The position numbers and the translations under genes were made by a program. Below, piece after piece: positions 14,044 through 25,957 of a stretch of DNA of 64,000 nucleotides. Under the pieces are notes generated by a model that saw only the letters and a program-made list of their open reading frames with translations, ran no database searches and was not told the DNA's origin. Every line of letters begins with the position of its first letter. Positions within the stretch are counted from its first letter, which is position 1. The stretch comes from Albugo candida (lineage: Eukaryota): contig JBDOQK010000023.1 of the NCBI GenBank assembly GCA_040437565.1, forward strand, positions 62,001-126,000, written 5' to 3'.

Positions 14044-16463
14044 ATGCATTCGACTTTGGACGCAACGAAATCGTTCTCTTTGGATGTGAAACAGCCTTTC
14101 GATCCGAAAGAAGCAGAACGTATTGCTGACATTGCACGTCGTGCAGAAGAACGTGCTTCAAAACGCATTGAAACAGAAGGAAATGAAGAAAAACAACGCG
14201 ATTCTCGCACGTCACAAGCCAATCGAAAGACGTTACCTCGAAATTTGACTACTGCAAAATCGATCGATTCAGACACACAAAAAATACGCTTCCGATCGAA
14301 AGAAGAGCGCGAACGAGACGCACTCGAACGTCTCAACGCCCAACGTGTGCAGGTACGTGTCATTTTCACTCGATTTCTGCTCATTTTCACAATTTGTAGA
14401 AAGAATCCGACCGGAAGAAATCCCAGGAACTTCGTCGTCATTTTGTCCAATCGTCCCACACGACCAATCCTTCGACGGCGCGTCGCGGCACTTTGAAACG
14501 GGAAGCGTCTACTCGCGATACATTGCCACATGACGCGAATCGGAACCAAATGAAAGCGCTCCAAGCACTCAAAGACCAATATTTGGGCAAAAAAGTGAAT
14601 AAGAAGAAAATCGTCAAAGCCAGTGAGAAATTCGCGAAAATCTTCCAATTCGATTGGGACACTTCCGAAGACACATCTAATGATTTGAATCCGGTGTATG
14701 CGAATCGCTTGGACGTGAATTTGCTGTATGGTCGTGGGTATCGAGCAGGTGTGGATCTCCGTGAACAACGCAAAAAGAACTCTTTTCTGAACGAGTTGAG
14801 CTTGAAGCGACAAAAGGAGCATCATGCAGCAGATGCTGGGAATTTCAAGTTGACATCGGAGCAGGTGGAACAGCGTCAGCGCGAACGTGAACGTGAGCTT
14901 GAACGGATGAAAGCACGTGAGCGTCAATTGATCCAAGCAATGGCATCGAAAGAAGCTGAATTGACTGGAACGCATTGGAGTGAGAAGAGTTTGGAGGAGA
15001 TGAAAGAACGTGACTGGCGAATCTTTCGCGAGGATTTCGATATCACAATTAAAGGCGGACGTGCTTCCCATCCATTGCGTAATTGGAAGGAAGCGTCCAT
15101 TCTTCCAGAAGCTTTATTCCAAGCGATCCAAGAAATGGGATTTGAACGACCTTCTCCGATCCAAATGCAAGCGATTCCAATCGGTTTAGCAAAACGAGAT
15201 ATCATTGGAATTGCAGAGACGGGATCCGGGAAAACTGCTGCATTCTTAATCCCAATTATCGCGTATTTGTATCATCTACCTCCAGCAATGCTCGAGCGAA
15301 CTGGAGAACAAGGTCCTTTGGCATTGATTATGGCTCCAACGCGAGAATTAGCACTTCAGATCGAGCAAGAAGCGATCAAACTCTGTAAACACACACAAGT
15401 TGGCGCGATACACAGTCAGAATCGTATTCGAACCTTATCGGTGGTCGGTGGTCAAAGTATCGAAGATCAAGCGTTCAAGCTTCGTCAAGGCGTCGATATC
15501 ATCATTGGGACTCCAGGTCGACTGATGGATTGTATGGAGAGCCATTACTTGGTATTAAATCAGTGCAATTACGTGGTCTTGGATGAAGCGGATCGGATGA
15601 TTGATATGGGCTTTGAGCCTCAAGTGGTGTCGGTTCTGGAGAATATGGGATCTTTGTTAAAGTCGGAGAACGAGGAAGAGATGGAGCAGCAGTTGGAACG
15701 CGCCAATAACGCCCAAGAGTTTCGATACCGAGTGACGATGATGTTTAGTGCGACAATGCCGACAGAAGTCGAGCGATTGGCAAAGACATTTCTTCGACAT
15801 CCTGCGATCATCAAAATCGGAGACGAAGATTCCGGGAAGAATAAACGCATTGAACAGCGAGTTCTGTTCCTTAACAGCGGGAAGAAGAAAACGAGATTGC
15901 AACATCTTCTCCACGAGACATTGTCGAGTTCTGGTCAAGTGCGTATCTCGAGGAAAGAAAAGGTTGTGGATGGCCAGAAAGTAATGGTGTTTGTGAATAT
16001 CAAGAAGGAATGTGACGTGTTGGGTCGATACTTGGCGCAAGAAGGATTCCGAACGACCATTCTGCATGGAGGTAAGTCGCAAGAGCAGCGTGAAGAGAGT
16101 TTGCGTGGATTTCGTCAAGGTTTTTGTGATGTGTTGGTGGCCACTGATGTTGCTGGAAGAGGACTGGATATTCCTGATGTGACGCATGTTGTAAACTACG
16201 ATTTACCGTCTAAAATTGAGAATTATTGCCATCGAATTGGTCGTACAGGTCGAGCAGGTAAAGAGGGTGTTGCTATATCATTCTTGACCAACGAGGACGA
16301 AGAGATCATGTACGATTTGAAGCAGTATCTGATCTCAACCAATATGCCGGTGCCTCAAGAATTAGCGAGTCATCCAATGGCCAAAGCTGCTCCTGGAGCA
16401 CGTGACGAGAAGGGGAATATCATCGCGAAATCAAAGCGAGATACCGTCATCTACGCAAAGTGA
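14044..16463 (+). CDS. DDX23: DEAD-box RNA helicase Prp28/DDX23 (U5 snRNP 100 kDa), 2 exons (intron 14353-14399)
   Basis: FQFDWDTSEDTS, HWSEKSLEEMKERDWRIFRED, AETGSGKT, PTRELA, DEAD, SAT, HRIGRTGRAG; the intron joins the 14044 ORF in frame to the 14493 ORF. Confidence 0.95.
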
Positions 16464-16637
16464 ATAGTTGTGTGCCCCATATCGCTACTCTTGATACATT
16501 GCTTCAAAATCGTGAGTCTTTAATTGATTTTCAATAAGTGCTTCTCAACCGGCACATCCGTTTCATTTTGCGACCCCACGCGCACGAATTCCTTTGCGGC
16601 TTGTACGAGACATTGTCTGTTGTCATTGCGTGCTTTC

Positions 16638-18013
16638 ATGACCGATGATGCGTTCAAAATTAATCAGCATTGGGATGCTGCTACTATCCTTCTTTCCTAT
16701 GTCATTTCTGTGACAGGAAGCTTTTGCAGTAGGCTTTTGCATGCGATATAACGACATGTTTGTTGACAATCTGATGCGTTGCAGCGATTCAATTGATGGA
16801 ACAATGGCGATACGAACAGCGTCCACGGAAGAAACGGACCTTTTTGATCATTGCAGCTGTTGTTCTTGGAGGTGGTGGGATTTGGAGCATGCACTTTACC
16901 GGAATGAATGCATTGAAAATTCGGTTGCAGAATAAGCAGACTTTGGAGATAGACTTTGAAGGCTGGTTGACGATTCTCAGCTTCATCTTTGCAGTTGGTG
17001 GCGTTCTCGTGGGACTTTTGATTGCGTCGAGAGATCCATTCTTTCTCGAGTTGGAGCGTGAGAAACGAGCACAGCTTTTGGTTTGGTTTTCTGAGCTTAT
17101 TCTTCGATGAATGAGAGCTGAAGACTGCTTGTAGGCCGCAAATTTGCGTAAAATGAATATGACGCAATTGATGAAAAAAGAGAGCGCGGAACGGAATATC
17201 AGAGTATGTGCACAATTCCAAGTGAGTTGCCGATTTGATTTTGTGTGTGATAGTTCACAGCAATGTTTTCTCGACTGTGGCGAATCTGCTTTGGTGGTAT
17301 TTGGACCGCGTTGGGAGTGTTGGGAATGCATTACACGGGCATGTTGGCTCAACGGACGAATCTTCAGATGACGGTAATGGCCCCATTTGTCGTTCTGTCT
17401 TGCATCGTGGCATTTGTGACGGCAAATGCAGCGTTCTGGATCATATTTCGTCTGGTACAAGCACTTGATCTGAGTCTCATAATCATACCTGATGTACTGT
17501 TTTCGACAGCTTCCATTGTGGCCATCGAATGACAGTTTGCGTTTTGTTAGTGCGTTGATCATGGGTGTCGCTGTATGCGGTACACATTACAGCGGAATGG
17601 CTGCTGCAACGTACAGATACTCTTCTGTAAATACAGCCGACACGACGTGGCTTGTAGTGAAAGGATCGTCTGCTTCCACGGTTGCCTCTCACGGATCGTT
17701 GCTCATTTGTTTCTGGATTTCTGGATTTTACGTCATTCGACCATTACGAACAGTAGCGTCCAAATATTATGTGCTTCATCCTGGGGGCACGACACATTCC
17801 GATGGTGCGACTGTGGGTCCAGTTCCTTCTCAATCTAGCCGAGAGCCTTCAGAAGGGATGAGATCGAACACAGATCAAACGGGTCCACGATTCCAGAACG
17901 CACAGAATAGGACCGGAGATGGCTCACTAAGTCCCAGTGCCGCTGCTGTTGCTGCGTACCGTGCAAAGCGGAAGACTCCAGGCAATAATATGCAACAAAT
18001 CATGCCAAATTAG
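16638..18013 (+). CDS. MHYT-domain integral membrane sensor protein, 5 exons, no evident output domain
   Basis: Three MHYT-type repeats: GIWSMHFTGM, GMHYTGM, CGTHYSGM; N-terminal LLSYVISVTGSF; in-frame GT-AG introns 16729-16784, 17081-17134, 17204-17253, 17455-17509. Confidence 0.88.
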
Positions 18014-18123
18014 CGTCAGGCTCCTTTCCCAGTAGACATTGTAACGGACTTTTTTTGTGTCAAATATGAATTTCCATGCATATTCGATATAAAATGACTT
18101 AAAAGCGTGTTTGTTGGGTCTCA

Positions 18124-19351
18124 TTACGCTGTCCATCGAGAGTGAAGTGCGCCTTGTAAGAAATGGATAGCTTCCACATACGATTTTTGAGGTCGAACAT
18201 CATAATGTCCGCCTTCCACATGTAAGACTATTGATGGACCGCTGTATTGTGCTGCAAGCTCATGGCTGTGATGACTGGTAACATATCGATCATCCTTTCC
18301 AGTCATAAATAGAGCTGGAATATTGCAATATTGCACAAAATCAATAGGCCGAAGTAATTTCAAATCCACATTTGCCCGAGTTTGAACTGTTCTTCGAACA
18401 ATCGAACATCCCAATTTGAGGAGTGATAATGGGAATGCAAAACCTTCCTGTTGGATCTGCACCATCATCTCTTCGACCAGCGTTGTCATAGCACAATATC
18501 CTCCATCGATGACCAATCCTCTCACATGTTTCTTGGAATCAGAGTCCATAGAGACATCCATCTGTTCCTGGTGTTTCTCGCTTGCTTGAATGGTGCCTGG
18601 CGAGCGCTTGGAAGCTTCAATTAGCGCCGGATACACTCCCATACTGTGAGCATAAATGCAGATAGATTCCACACTGACATCAGTATCGAGATGCTTCAAC
18701 ACGCACTCTAGATCCCTGCTTTCATTCCATCCCATTGTGACGTACGCGCCGTCAGATTGACCGGATCCAGAAAAGTCAAAAGCCATAACTGATATATAAC
18801 ATCCTAACACGATATCACGGATTCGTAACACGTCAGCACGAGATCCGATGTTAGAGTGAAGGTACACCAAACAAGGCGTGCGATTTGGAATGGAGGAATT
18901 AGGNNNNNNNNNNNNNNNNNNNNNNNNNNNNNNNNNNNNNNNNNNNNNNNNNNNNNNNNNNNNNNNNNNNNNNNNNNNNNNNNNNNNNNNNNNNNNNNNN
19001 NNNCGTGCGATTTGGAATGGAGGAATTAGGATTCGTATAGATTTGCCAATGAGAACAAATCAATGACTCTGCGCGATCGTTCGTGACGGTAAATTGTTTG
19101 TGTCGAATCGTCAACATTAATGCGTTTTCAGAGTGTTTGCGATTACAAAGATGCTGAAATTCATCCGCGCCGAGCATTGAGACGTCGTACACACTGCGCA
19201 CAGGACGTATGACAGAGTTTATGATCGTATCGTATCCTGCTGCTAACAGTTTGAGAGCAGTACTGTCTCCCTCTCCGCCGTGTTTCTTCAACTCGAGTTC
19301 TAATTGTCCATCTTGAAAGACTTCAACGTCATTGGAAGCTCCGTTGCCCAT
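18124..19351 (-). CDS. Alpha/beta-fold serine hydrolase with N-myristoylation motif (interrupted by a gap with overlapping ends)
   Basis: MGNGAS start; VYLHSN; FDFSGSGQSDGAYVTMGWNE; AHSMG nucleophile; GKDDRYV (Asp); GGHYD (His); 27 bp repeated either side of gap 18904-19003 so the frame is probably continuous. Confidence 0.85.
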
Positions 19352-19404
19352 TTTTGGGCAGAATTACCGGTTTTTACTGTTTACAGAAGGTATTTCGAGG
19401 AGCT

Positions 19405-20136
19405 ATGAACTTTGCGCGTTGCTTGCGTCCAAACGCGCTCTTTTGCCGTAATTTACGAAATGAAGGAGCTTTTCACAGCAGTAGGACTTCTTGTATAATA
19501 TTTCGAGATGCAGAATACGTCAAGGAAAAGAAACAGGTCTTTGACCTCGAAAATGGAGCAATTGAAAGTCGGTAGGAATTTCATCGTAACGATACCGTCT
19601 ATTACGATGACCTCTTTTATCGCATATGCAGGCGATATTTATTACGATCCGATGGCTTTGGATTTTCAGTGCAACATGCGATATTACGTCAGCAACAATC
19701 AGCTACTTTGCGTTATCAGAATCATGTGGTGGCAGTAATGGTCACACAAGGAGAAGGAGAAATGCGAGTTATATCACCGCATAATAAAAAAAAAGCAGCT
19801 AGTCAAGAACATCCATCGTACAAGTTGTCTTCAGGGTCTTTTTTCGCGCTTAATGCAGCAGAAACTGTAGAAATTGAAGCAATGACGAAAGAGTTGCATC
19901 TTGTCAGGTATCAAATCGCGATCAATTATCCATCTCCTTCATAACACTCTTCTTGTAGCGTGCTAAATCCACCTCTTGTTGGACCTGAACAGCGCAATGA
20001 GAATGGGGTATTTACAATGATTGATGAGGATGGAGTAGAGAGGGAATCATACGATCACAATATCGTCCGAAGGCTTTTCGAACCGCCCGAATCGCTTCGT
20101 AGTGGTACCATAATGAAAGACGATCCGCTGTTTTGA
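19405..20136 (+). CDS. Ectoine synthase (EctC)-like cupin with putative mitochondrial presequence, 3 exons (19405-19571, 19632-19907, 19959-20136), 206 aa
   Basis: Spliced product contains ESRRYLLRSDGFGFSV, YQNHVVAV, GEGEM, SFFALN, LVSVLNPPLVGPE..NENG in the order of EctC signatures (SRRLLL.DDGMGFS, YKNHLEAV, GEGE, YALD, VFNPPL.G.E.HDE.G); both introns GT-AG and frame-preserving. Confidence 0.82.
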
Positions 20137-20220
20137 TACATTAACAGTTTAATAACGTGTTAAGAACAATCACGCTTCTAATAAAAGTACTTTTTATCGA
20201 AGCGGTCTTTCCTTTCCCGA

Positions 20221-23200
20221 ATGAATGTCGAAGGCAACTGCGCAACTTCAACTTTAACTTTCAAAGATCCAGAAAACATTCATTCTGCTATAAAGTCAAT
20301 CTTTGAAATCGACCGAAAGGCAACTTCAACTGATACCAATTATGCAAAAGTCGAATCATTTCCCAATTTGTCTCTCAATAAAGAGCTCCCGCGCGATAAG
20401 CTGGGCGGAAAGCTGACCTTTTATGCGGCATTAGGCGACGAGAGTGATCTCGAGGCGTACGAGAGGTACCTTCAGTCTAAAAGGAGCCAGGCAGCTGATC
20501 AAAGAGATGATTCGGAGACTGTATCTATGGATGCCTTTGCTTCTCTTACTCGACTTAAAAGAGAGGGAAAGAAGGCGACGTTGCAAAGGCTATCAGAATC
20601 GACAAATCAATGTGAAGATGTCAATTCACAGATAAGAGCGTCGTCGGATTTACCGCGTGAGGAGATTCGAAAGCAACGGCTAAAATGGATACAACCCCTA
20701 TCAAGAGATCAGAAAGATGTGGCCAGAATGCAGAAAAATACGATACAGAAATGGAAGCAAGTGAATGAGGAGTGGGAACAATTCAAAACGCGAATGGCAA
20801 AGAAGCTACAGAAACCCACCTCAAAACTTGTAATCAATCGAATGAATACGCATCGGGAAAAGGTGGAATTACATGAGGCGTTGGAAATCGCAACTCCTTT
20901 TATCGAGAAAGTCGGAAGTGATTTATGGTCTGTAAGTCTTCGAAATGATGCGACACGATACGTACCCGTGGGCAATATATTCAGCGGTTTGTGGTGTCCG
21001 ATACGTGAGCGTACAACGCTCGGTCCGAGTGTACGAAGACCGCTGGATCACACATCTTTGACGTCACATTTCTCTGATCAAATCAATTCTGAGAATAATC
21101 ATTCTCCCATGTCGATACTCGACAACAGGATGCAGAAAGCTGTCACCAGGAAGAAAAAGAAATTGAAGAAACAACTGGAGAAATTGCTAAAACACACGGT
21201 GGAACCGAGCAAGAGGTAGGTCGTTCTGTGAGACTGCATACACTATCAATAACCCTTCTCATGTAGCGGGAGAATGGTGGTCGGTACAATGGATCTTTTT
21301 GAATGGGCTCATTCGTCCAAAACGACGATGCAGTCTGAATCTTCTTATGGCCTGAATACCCCACAACTTGATATGGTAGAGGACGAGGTGGATCACAAAA
21401 TATTGGACAGCGACAGCAAAGATTTTCAGCCTAGTCTTCATCTGTATGTTTGTGGAAGTGAATTCAAAAGCAGACACATGCAACTGGAATTCTATACAGA
21501 CTGTAGAACATTAGAAACACAAACGGTGGTGCTAGAAAATGCTGGAAGCGTTGCTTACCACTTTGAATGGTTTCGTGATGATATTGTGGCCGATACTGAC
21601 GTATTGCATCATCTCAAAGACAATGGGGAGCAATCATGTGTTCATGGGGTTGTGCATCGGACGTTCATATCGTGCATGCATGGTCTCCTTCTACCCGATG
21701 AATGCATCGAATTCACATTTTTCTTTAGAGCAAGCACACCTGGGATGTACCTTGAGAATTGGTCGCTGACGTTGGATCCTCCACTCGTTCGCGAAGTACA
21801 TGATAGTACCAATAACAAGAATCCATTAAAAACCAGTACTTCGGATCAAGACTATACAATTCTTGGTGTATCCTGCTGCTGTATCGCTGTTGACAACGAT
21901 GTACCGATCAAGACCAGGCAACGGCTTCGAGATACAATTGACGGAAGGGCTACAATGCGCATGGCACAACAGCTGATATACCAGATTCTCGATTCAATCA
22001 AGTATGGGGAAAGCTCGGGAGCGTTGACAGCCGGAAGCACACCTGCAGATGTACATTTTCAAACAGAGCATAAAAACTCTCCTTACGAGAGTTTGTACTG
22101 CTATGAGGACGTCGCAAATAAAGCTCAATCAATCAATGCGGCAATTCGCCATCTTCATGAGGACATCCAAATCTTAGAAAAGGATAAAAATGTATTGGAA
22201 AATGTCATCGATGAAAATGGACGAAATGTCGAGGGGAAGATCAATTTTACGGATCTAGGAAACAAAATCGCTGCGACAGAGAAATCGCTTCAAAGCATAG
22301 CGTATTTTTCAGTGGATCGAGAAGGAACATTTTCAGATGAGAGCTCCACAGAGGAAGAGGAAAGGTCTTTAGATCATGAAAGTAGCACTGGAAGTGAGAA
22401 TAAAGATAACGACGAAAGTCTTCTCCATCAAAGAAATCTATTACACTTGGAAATAGCTGCTAAAATACGTAGAGACTTTGAATCTCTTGTCCGAGAAGCA
22501 ATGGTGTCTCCAGACGATCGTGAGTATTTCCATCGCCAGTTATCAAATGAGCTTTCAAAGGTACTAAGTGAGGTTCCTGTCGTGGATGAGATCGTCAAAC
22601 TATCTCAATATGTTGGAGAAGAGATGACAAGCTCCACATCATCACATGTATACAATGGAATATTGGCCGCAGTTGAGAAAGCAGTGAGATCCAATAGGAC
22701 ACACCAACTGTCTCGTCACACCCAACTTCAAAGACTCCAAAATGGCTGGCCTTTTGAAGCCTCACACTTTACAAATTTGGTGGAATCAAGCATACCTCAT
22801 GTGGTATTTAATTCGACAGAAGGCGAGAATGCAGAAATTCTTTTCGAAAACGTTCAACTAATTACAGATCTTGACATTGCCAATTGGTTTGGTTTGAAGC
22901 ATCTTCAAACAGATCAAAAAGCGACTTCTCCAGCTTTTTCTTTCCAATGGAAAGTAAATCCGGAACTCGCCAATTCTGAAAAGTATATTCCGAGAGAATT
23001 TCACTCGGCAGCGACTTCAATTTGTGATATCATACAATGGTATCAGCTGAGAAGAGATGAACAGGAGAAGAGACACGTGGCAGGAAGCCCTTTGCGACTA
23101 TTAGTTATGAGTGAACTATCATCACCTCCGATGCTCAACAGACAAGCGCGCCGAGAATTCGATATGGCATGCGCTTCTGGAGGCTACAGTACCGAAGTAT

Positions 23201-25682
23201 ATGTTGATGCTCTGATTGCAACACAGGACGATCACCTCTCCTTGGAAGACTGTGCTTCTATTTTCGAGCGAGCTTTGAAACGATTTTTGCCAAGAAATAT
23301 ACAGTGGACATTCCAGTTCTGCCAAACCATTGAAGAAGTCGAATCGATACCCGAACCAATGGACAGGAAGTCTGTCCAAATCCTTTTGCTGCAAAACTTG
23401 CACAAAGTAACTTCAGAACGTATCAATGTTGACGAGAGCAATTTGGGATCTTTCGAGCCTGTAGGATCGCATACTGGAACGAATGATCTACCTCATGAGA
23501 GAAGCATCCGACAAAGATCTTCTGACACGATCATTTTCGACACGTTTCCAAGCAAATTCGACAGATTCTCAGAAGAAGAAGCTGCTCTCTCACCCAGAGC
23601 TTTTCTGAGCTCCAAACTACATGAAGAATGGAAACTCTGGCTACATTCTCTCACACCTCAATCTGTCGGCTGTATGGAAACACGTAATATCGCCATCATT
23701 GGTGGTAGAAATTTATCTTCCAAAATTCATTTGATTGACACAATGATTGAAAGCTCCAAAGAGATTTACTTTGTCGGAAAAGTAGCAATAGAATTGTATT
23801 GCGCTCTATTTCTTCGACAACGGCATCTGCGCTCTGAAGAATTGATCCATGAAGCGCAACGTCGGGGAAGGAATAAGTCTGCTGAGAAGTTGCGTAGAAG
23901 AATGGAATGTGAAGAAGCACGCGATCTGGATGCAGTCTACATGATCCCCGCGGTCAATCGACTTCAGCAGAAAGCGTACTGTCGCGACACACAACTGTGG
24001 CTTCCTCGAGATTGGATTGTTGGAGAGGAACCATTACCAAGACATCCACAAACTTCATTACGCGACAGAGTTTTGATCGCTTTGGAAGACGATATTGTGA
24101 GCTCAGATGGAGAGGATATGGACGATGAGGATAGCAATGACGACGACGAAGCAAAGGAAATCAAAAAGTCTGACGATCCCGTGAAATCGCCTCCTCGTTC
24201 GTGTGCATGGGAGCCTTTTATGACCTATGAAGGCGAGACTGCTCATGTTGTTATATCATCGCGCGGTTCTAAGAGCACGAAATGGATTTCATTTGNNNNN
24301 NNNNNNNNNNNNNNNNNNNNNNNNNNNNNNNNNNNNNNNNNNNNNNNNNNNNNNNNNNNNNNNNNNNNNNNNNNNNNNNNNNNNNNNNNNNNNNNGCTTT
24401 TCTGAGCTCCAAACTACATGAAGAATGGAAACTCTGGCTACATTCTCTCACACCTCAATCTGTCGGCTGTATGGAAACACGTAATATCGCCATCATTGGT
24501 GGTAGAAATTTATCTTCCAAAATTCATTTGATTGACACAATGATTGAAAGCTCCAAAGAGATTTACTTTGTCGGAAAAGTAGCAATAGAATTGTATTGCG
24601 CTCTATTTCTTCGACAACGGCATCTGCGCTCTGAAGAATTGATCCATGAAGCGCAACGTCGGGGAAGGAATAAGTCTGCTGAGAAGTTGCGTAGAAGAAT
24701 GGAATGTGAAGAAGCACGCGATCTGGATGCAGTCTACATGATCCCCGCGGTCAATCGACTTCAGCAGAAAGCGTACTGTCGCGACACACAACTGTGGCTT
24801 CCTCGAGATTGGATTGTTGGAGAGGAACCATTACCAAGACATCCACAAACTTCATTACGCGACAGAGTTTTGATCGCTTTGGAAGACGATATTGTGAGCT
24901 CAGATGGAGAGGATATGGACGATGAGGATAGCAATGACGACGACGAAGCAAAGGAAATCAAAAAGTCTGACGATCCCGTGAAATCGCCTCCTCGTTCGTG
25001 TGCATGGGAGCCTTTTATGACCTATGAAGGCGAGACTGCTCATGTTGTTATATCATCGCGCGGTTCTAAGAGCACGAAATGGATTTCATTTGAAGACGTG
25101 ACTGAGGGCTTTCTCTGTGATCAATTTCAAGCTATAAATGAATCTCAGGCTGAAATACTCGAGCCGAAGACACAAGACGAGGAAGATGATTCCAACACAG
25201 ACAGAAGCATCGCCCCAAAAAAGAAAGTGTCTCCACCGCGATACGAATGGATCTTTAGAGCTTATGACGTTGGTCCCCAATCAATGGATTATCTCTGCAA
25301 ATATTTACAGGAATTTTGCGATACGAATGACAATTTCAATGTGTTTATAAATGGTGTGTGTGGAGTCGTCGAGTATCGAGAATTCAGTCTGGCAACTCGG
25401 CAGTTTCTCTCAGCTTGTTCCAGTCTCAAGGAGAAATACGAAACAATCAACATGTTTGTTGCCGGGCACACGACCGCCAAGTTGTTACAGTGGTTAGACA
25501 GTAAGACATCGCAATCGGAGATCCATTCTTGCATCACCATCAAGCACATCTCTCAAAATGTCTCGCCGCATTCATCTATCTCAGGCAATACAATCGGAGC
25601 AGCCACGATCATGAAACAGATTCTTTCAGGACGCACCAATCATATGATCACGAGTCTCCGAAATCTCCATGAAGCAAGTTGA
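20221..25682 (+). CDS. MYCBP-associated protein (MYCBPAP)-like flagellar protein fused to a degenerate phosphoglycerate-kinase fold; intron ~21216-21267; internal gap duplication
   Basis: RYVPVGNIFSGLWC, LENAGSVAYHFEW, GLLLPDE..FTFFFRASTPGMYLENW (MYCBPAP-like); IAIIGGRNLSSKIHLID, LWLPRDWIV, YDVGPQS, FINGVCGVVEYREF (PGK-like). Confidence 0.72.
23599..25092. repeat. Exact direct duplication (23599-24295 = 24396-25092) across a 100-N gap; assembly artefact inside the MYCBPAP-like gene
   Basis: Identical ORF fragments at offset 797. Confidence 0.9.
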
Positions 25683-25957
25683 TCGACGTGGCTATGGACA
25701 AACTGACGTTCAAATAGATAAGACACCTTGATACTCATTCTATATAGCTCTGACGTACGCTTGCCATGCCCAGATGCTCCCAATATACCATGGGCACTTA
25801 TGATTGCATCAGAGCATGTATATCGCTAGCTCGTGCATGAGAACGCGTCAAGTATCAACAGTACGCGTGATTATTTCATTATCGGATAAACGTCTCCTTC
25901 CAGCGGATCAATTCCTTATAACACAAGAAAGCTTCCCAATGAAGCGAAAATCCAAGA

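Noticed and set aside
14040-16187. Long minus-strand ORFs (343 aa, 176 aa) overlapping DDX23
   Set aside because: Antisense shadows of a conserved coding sequence; no motifs
19354-20136. A complete ectoine biosynthesis cluster
   Set aside because: No EctA acetyltransferase, EctB aminotransferase or EctD hydroxylase motifs in the window; only the EctC-like gene is supported
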